NCBI GenBank assembly: GCA_965242695.1
Contig: CBDESU010000001.1
Coordinates: 1,600,001-1,664,000, forward strand
DNA from: Cenarchaeum sp.
GTDB lineage: Archaea; Thermoproteota; Nitrososphaeria; Nitrososphaerales; Nitrosopumilaceae
Length of the DNA stretch: 64,000 bases
Reading direction: 5' to 3'
The notes beneath the pieces were generated by a model that saw nothing but the letters and a program-made list of their open reading frames with translations, had not been told where the DNA came from and ran no database searches. The translations under genes and the position numbers were made by a program. Of this stretch, positions 62,586-64,000 are shown one piece after another (positions within the stretch are counted from its first letter, which is position 1; each line of letters opens with the position of its first letter).

Positions 62586-63754
62586 TATAAATGTCCTAGT
62601 ATTATGCCGCATGTTTGCTTATAAACGGCTGTCAAAATGCTACTAGTTTGTTTATAATCTACTTGCAGGGAAAGTGCACAGTCAGATATAAGCAAAAGCG
62701 ACGTATGGGTGGTGGCGGCACGGCATCTGGGCGCCGGCGAACCCGGTGCGGCCGCGCGGCCTGTAGGACAGGTCGCATGGCCGGAAGTGCCGGACAGTAT
62801 CAACACACGACGCATGCAGGCAAGCTGTGAGTGGCGCCCCCAAGGGTCGCGGCAACGGCAGGTGTCAGGATCGCCGCCGCGCACAGCACGGCTGCGGTGG
62901 CATCCTCTGCCATCGGCACCGACGCATCTCCAAGGCCGCCATGCACCGCAGGGCGCCCCTTTTGGGCTGCGCTGACGTTCAGGACGGCTGGGCGCGGCCA
63001 GCGCACGGTCTGCCCGCGTCAGATCGAGTTTGCGCTCAGCGGCCTGATCCGGACTAGGCAGGCGGCCCGTTCACGCCAAGCTGAGCCGTCGCAGGTAGCC
63101 GTCGCGCGCACCTGACAGGGCCGGCGCCGCAACAAGAGTGCGTGCGGGTGACTTGGCCGCACAGTTTATCACGGCATGGCCGCGCCGCATCGTGGTTGTA
63201 CCGCACTTGCATGGGGGAGGTGGCGCGCACGAAGACTGGCAGGTACGCGGAGGTGGCGCAGCCAGCTAGTGCTGGCTTACGCCACCCCTAAGAACCGCCC
63301 TTTGACGGCCCCTGACCGCGCCCCCCACCATGGCTATAAATCCCCTCATCCCGAGTCTAGGAATCCCCGGAGCGGCCAAACGCGCCGCCACGCCCGTGCC
63401 CCGCAGCGGGCGCGTACAGGCTTGCATGTCGTGCCAGAGGCTCCCGCTTGCCAACGCCGCCGGCTCTCGGCAGCAGCCGGTGCGTACAGGCTTGCATGTC
63501 GTGCCACAAAGGCTCAGCACCAACAAAGTGCAGGCGCCTCCCGAGACGCCGTGAGAGAACTCCCAAGTGGACCCATTGGAGACCAGAACTGGCGCCCAAG
63601 GGCCAGAGTGCACTCCACTCTGTAGAGCATGCATCCCCGTGCCGGCCGAGAGCATGGGCATGGCAGAGAGGTCCGGATAGGATCAGGCAAGAATCGACGT
63701 CTCGCCCGCACTCATCCTGTAACTCTTATATGCGGCATGGGTGCGCTACCGGGC

Positions 63755-64000
63755 ATGTACGAGATGTATGTCGATGAGAGCGGCAACCCGGCGCCCGCAG
63801 TCGAATCGTGCGGGGAGGACTACTTCGTCCTAGTCGGCATTGCTGTGCATGAAAAGGATGCCAGTGCTGCAAGGATGCGCGTCAGGGATCTCAATCAAGA
63901 GATTTCCACCACGGCGGGCTGCGCCGTGCCCGAATTTCACGCCGTAGATATTTGGAACTCCAGAGGGTTCTTTGACAAGCGCGAGCACCCCGTCACCCTG
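63755..64000 (+). CDS. DUF3800-family protein, partial (runs off the window end)
   Basis: Translated by hand: MYEMYVDESGNP...YFVLVGIAV...EFHAVDI; TTATAT box at about 63726. Confidence 0.75.
   Translation, partial: MYEMYVDESGNPAPAVESCGEDYFVLVGIAVHEKDASAARMRVRDLNQEISTTAGCAVPEFHAVDIWNSRGFFDKREHPVTL

Noticed and set aside
63412-63506. Mini-CRISPR (two 25-bp repeats)
   Set aside because: Only two copies, and the sequence after each is also similar, which fits a degenerate tandem duplication.

Overview
High-GC archaeal chromosome segment, most consistent with Thaumarchaeota/Nitrososphaerota (archaeal EF-1alpha, S10, TFB, Rpp21, CdvC/Vps4, DUF6659-type proteins, PhaE/PhaC); a host-associated lineage is a guess from the many GC-rich low-complexity insertions. 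Housekeeping blocks at about 1-8.2 kb and 29.5-61 kb flank an accessory region at about 8.3-29.5 kb. Three main observations. (1) carB is interrupted near its 5' end by a 22-nt insertion that folds into an archaeal bulge-helix-bulge/loop splicing motif; excision at the canonical cut sites restores the conserved GEAGEFDYSG, so it is a candidate mRNA intron. (2) An SspABCD-type phosphorothioation operon has sspC split by a ~1.6-kb inverted segment bounded by 15-bp inverted repeats; re-inversion gives an in-frame 1180-aa SspC, so it is a candidate phase-variation switch. (3) The Ssp module is joined to an AT-rich Pbe-like effector set (small protein, SMC ATPase, small protein, PLD-helicase) whose helicase is disrupted by an IS630 element. 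A second IS630 disrupts a PIN gene lying among three paralogous winged-helix proteins. All family assignments come from motif recognition by eye, not database searches.
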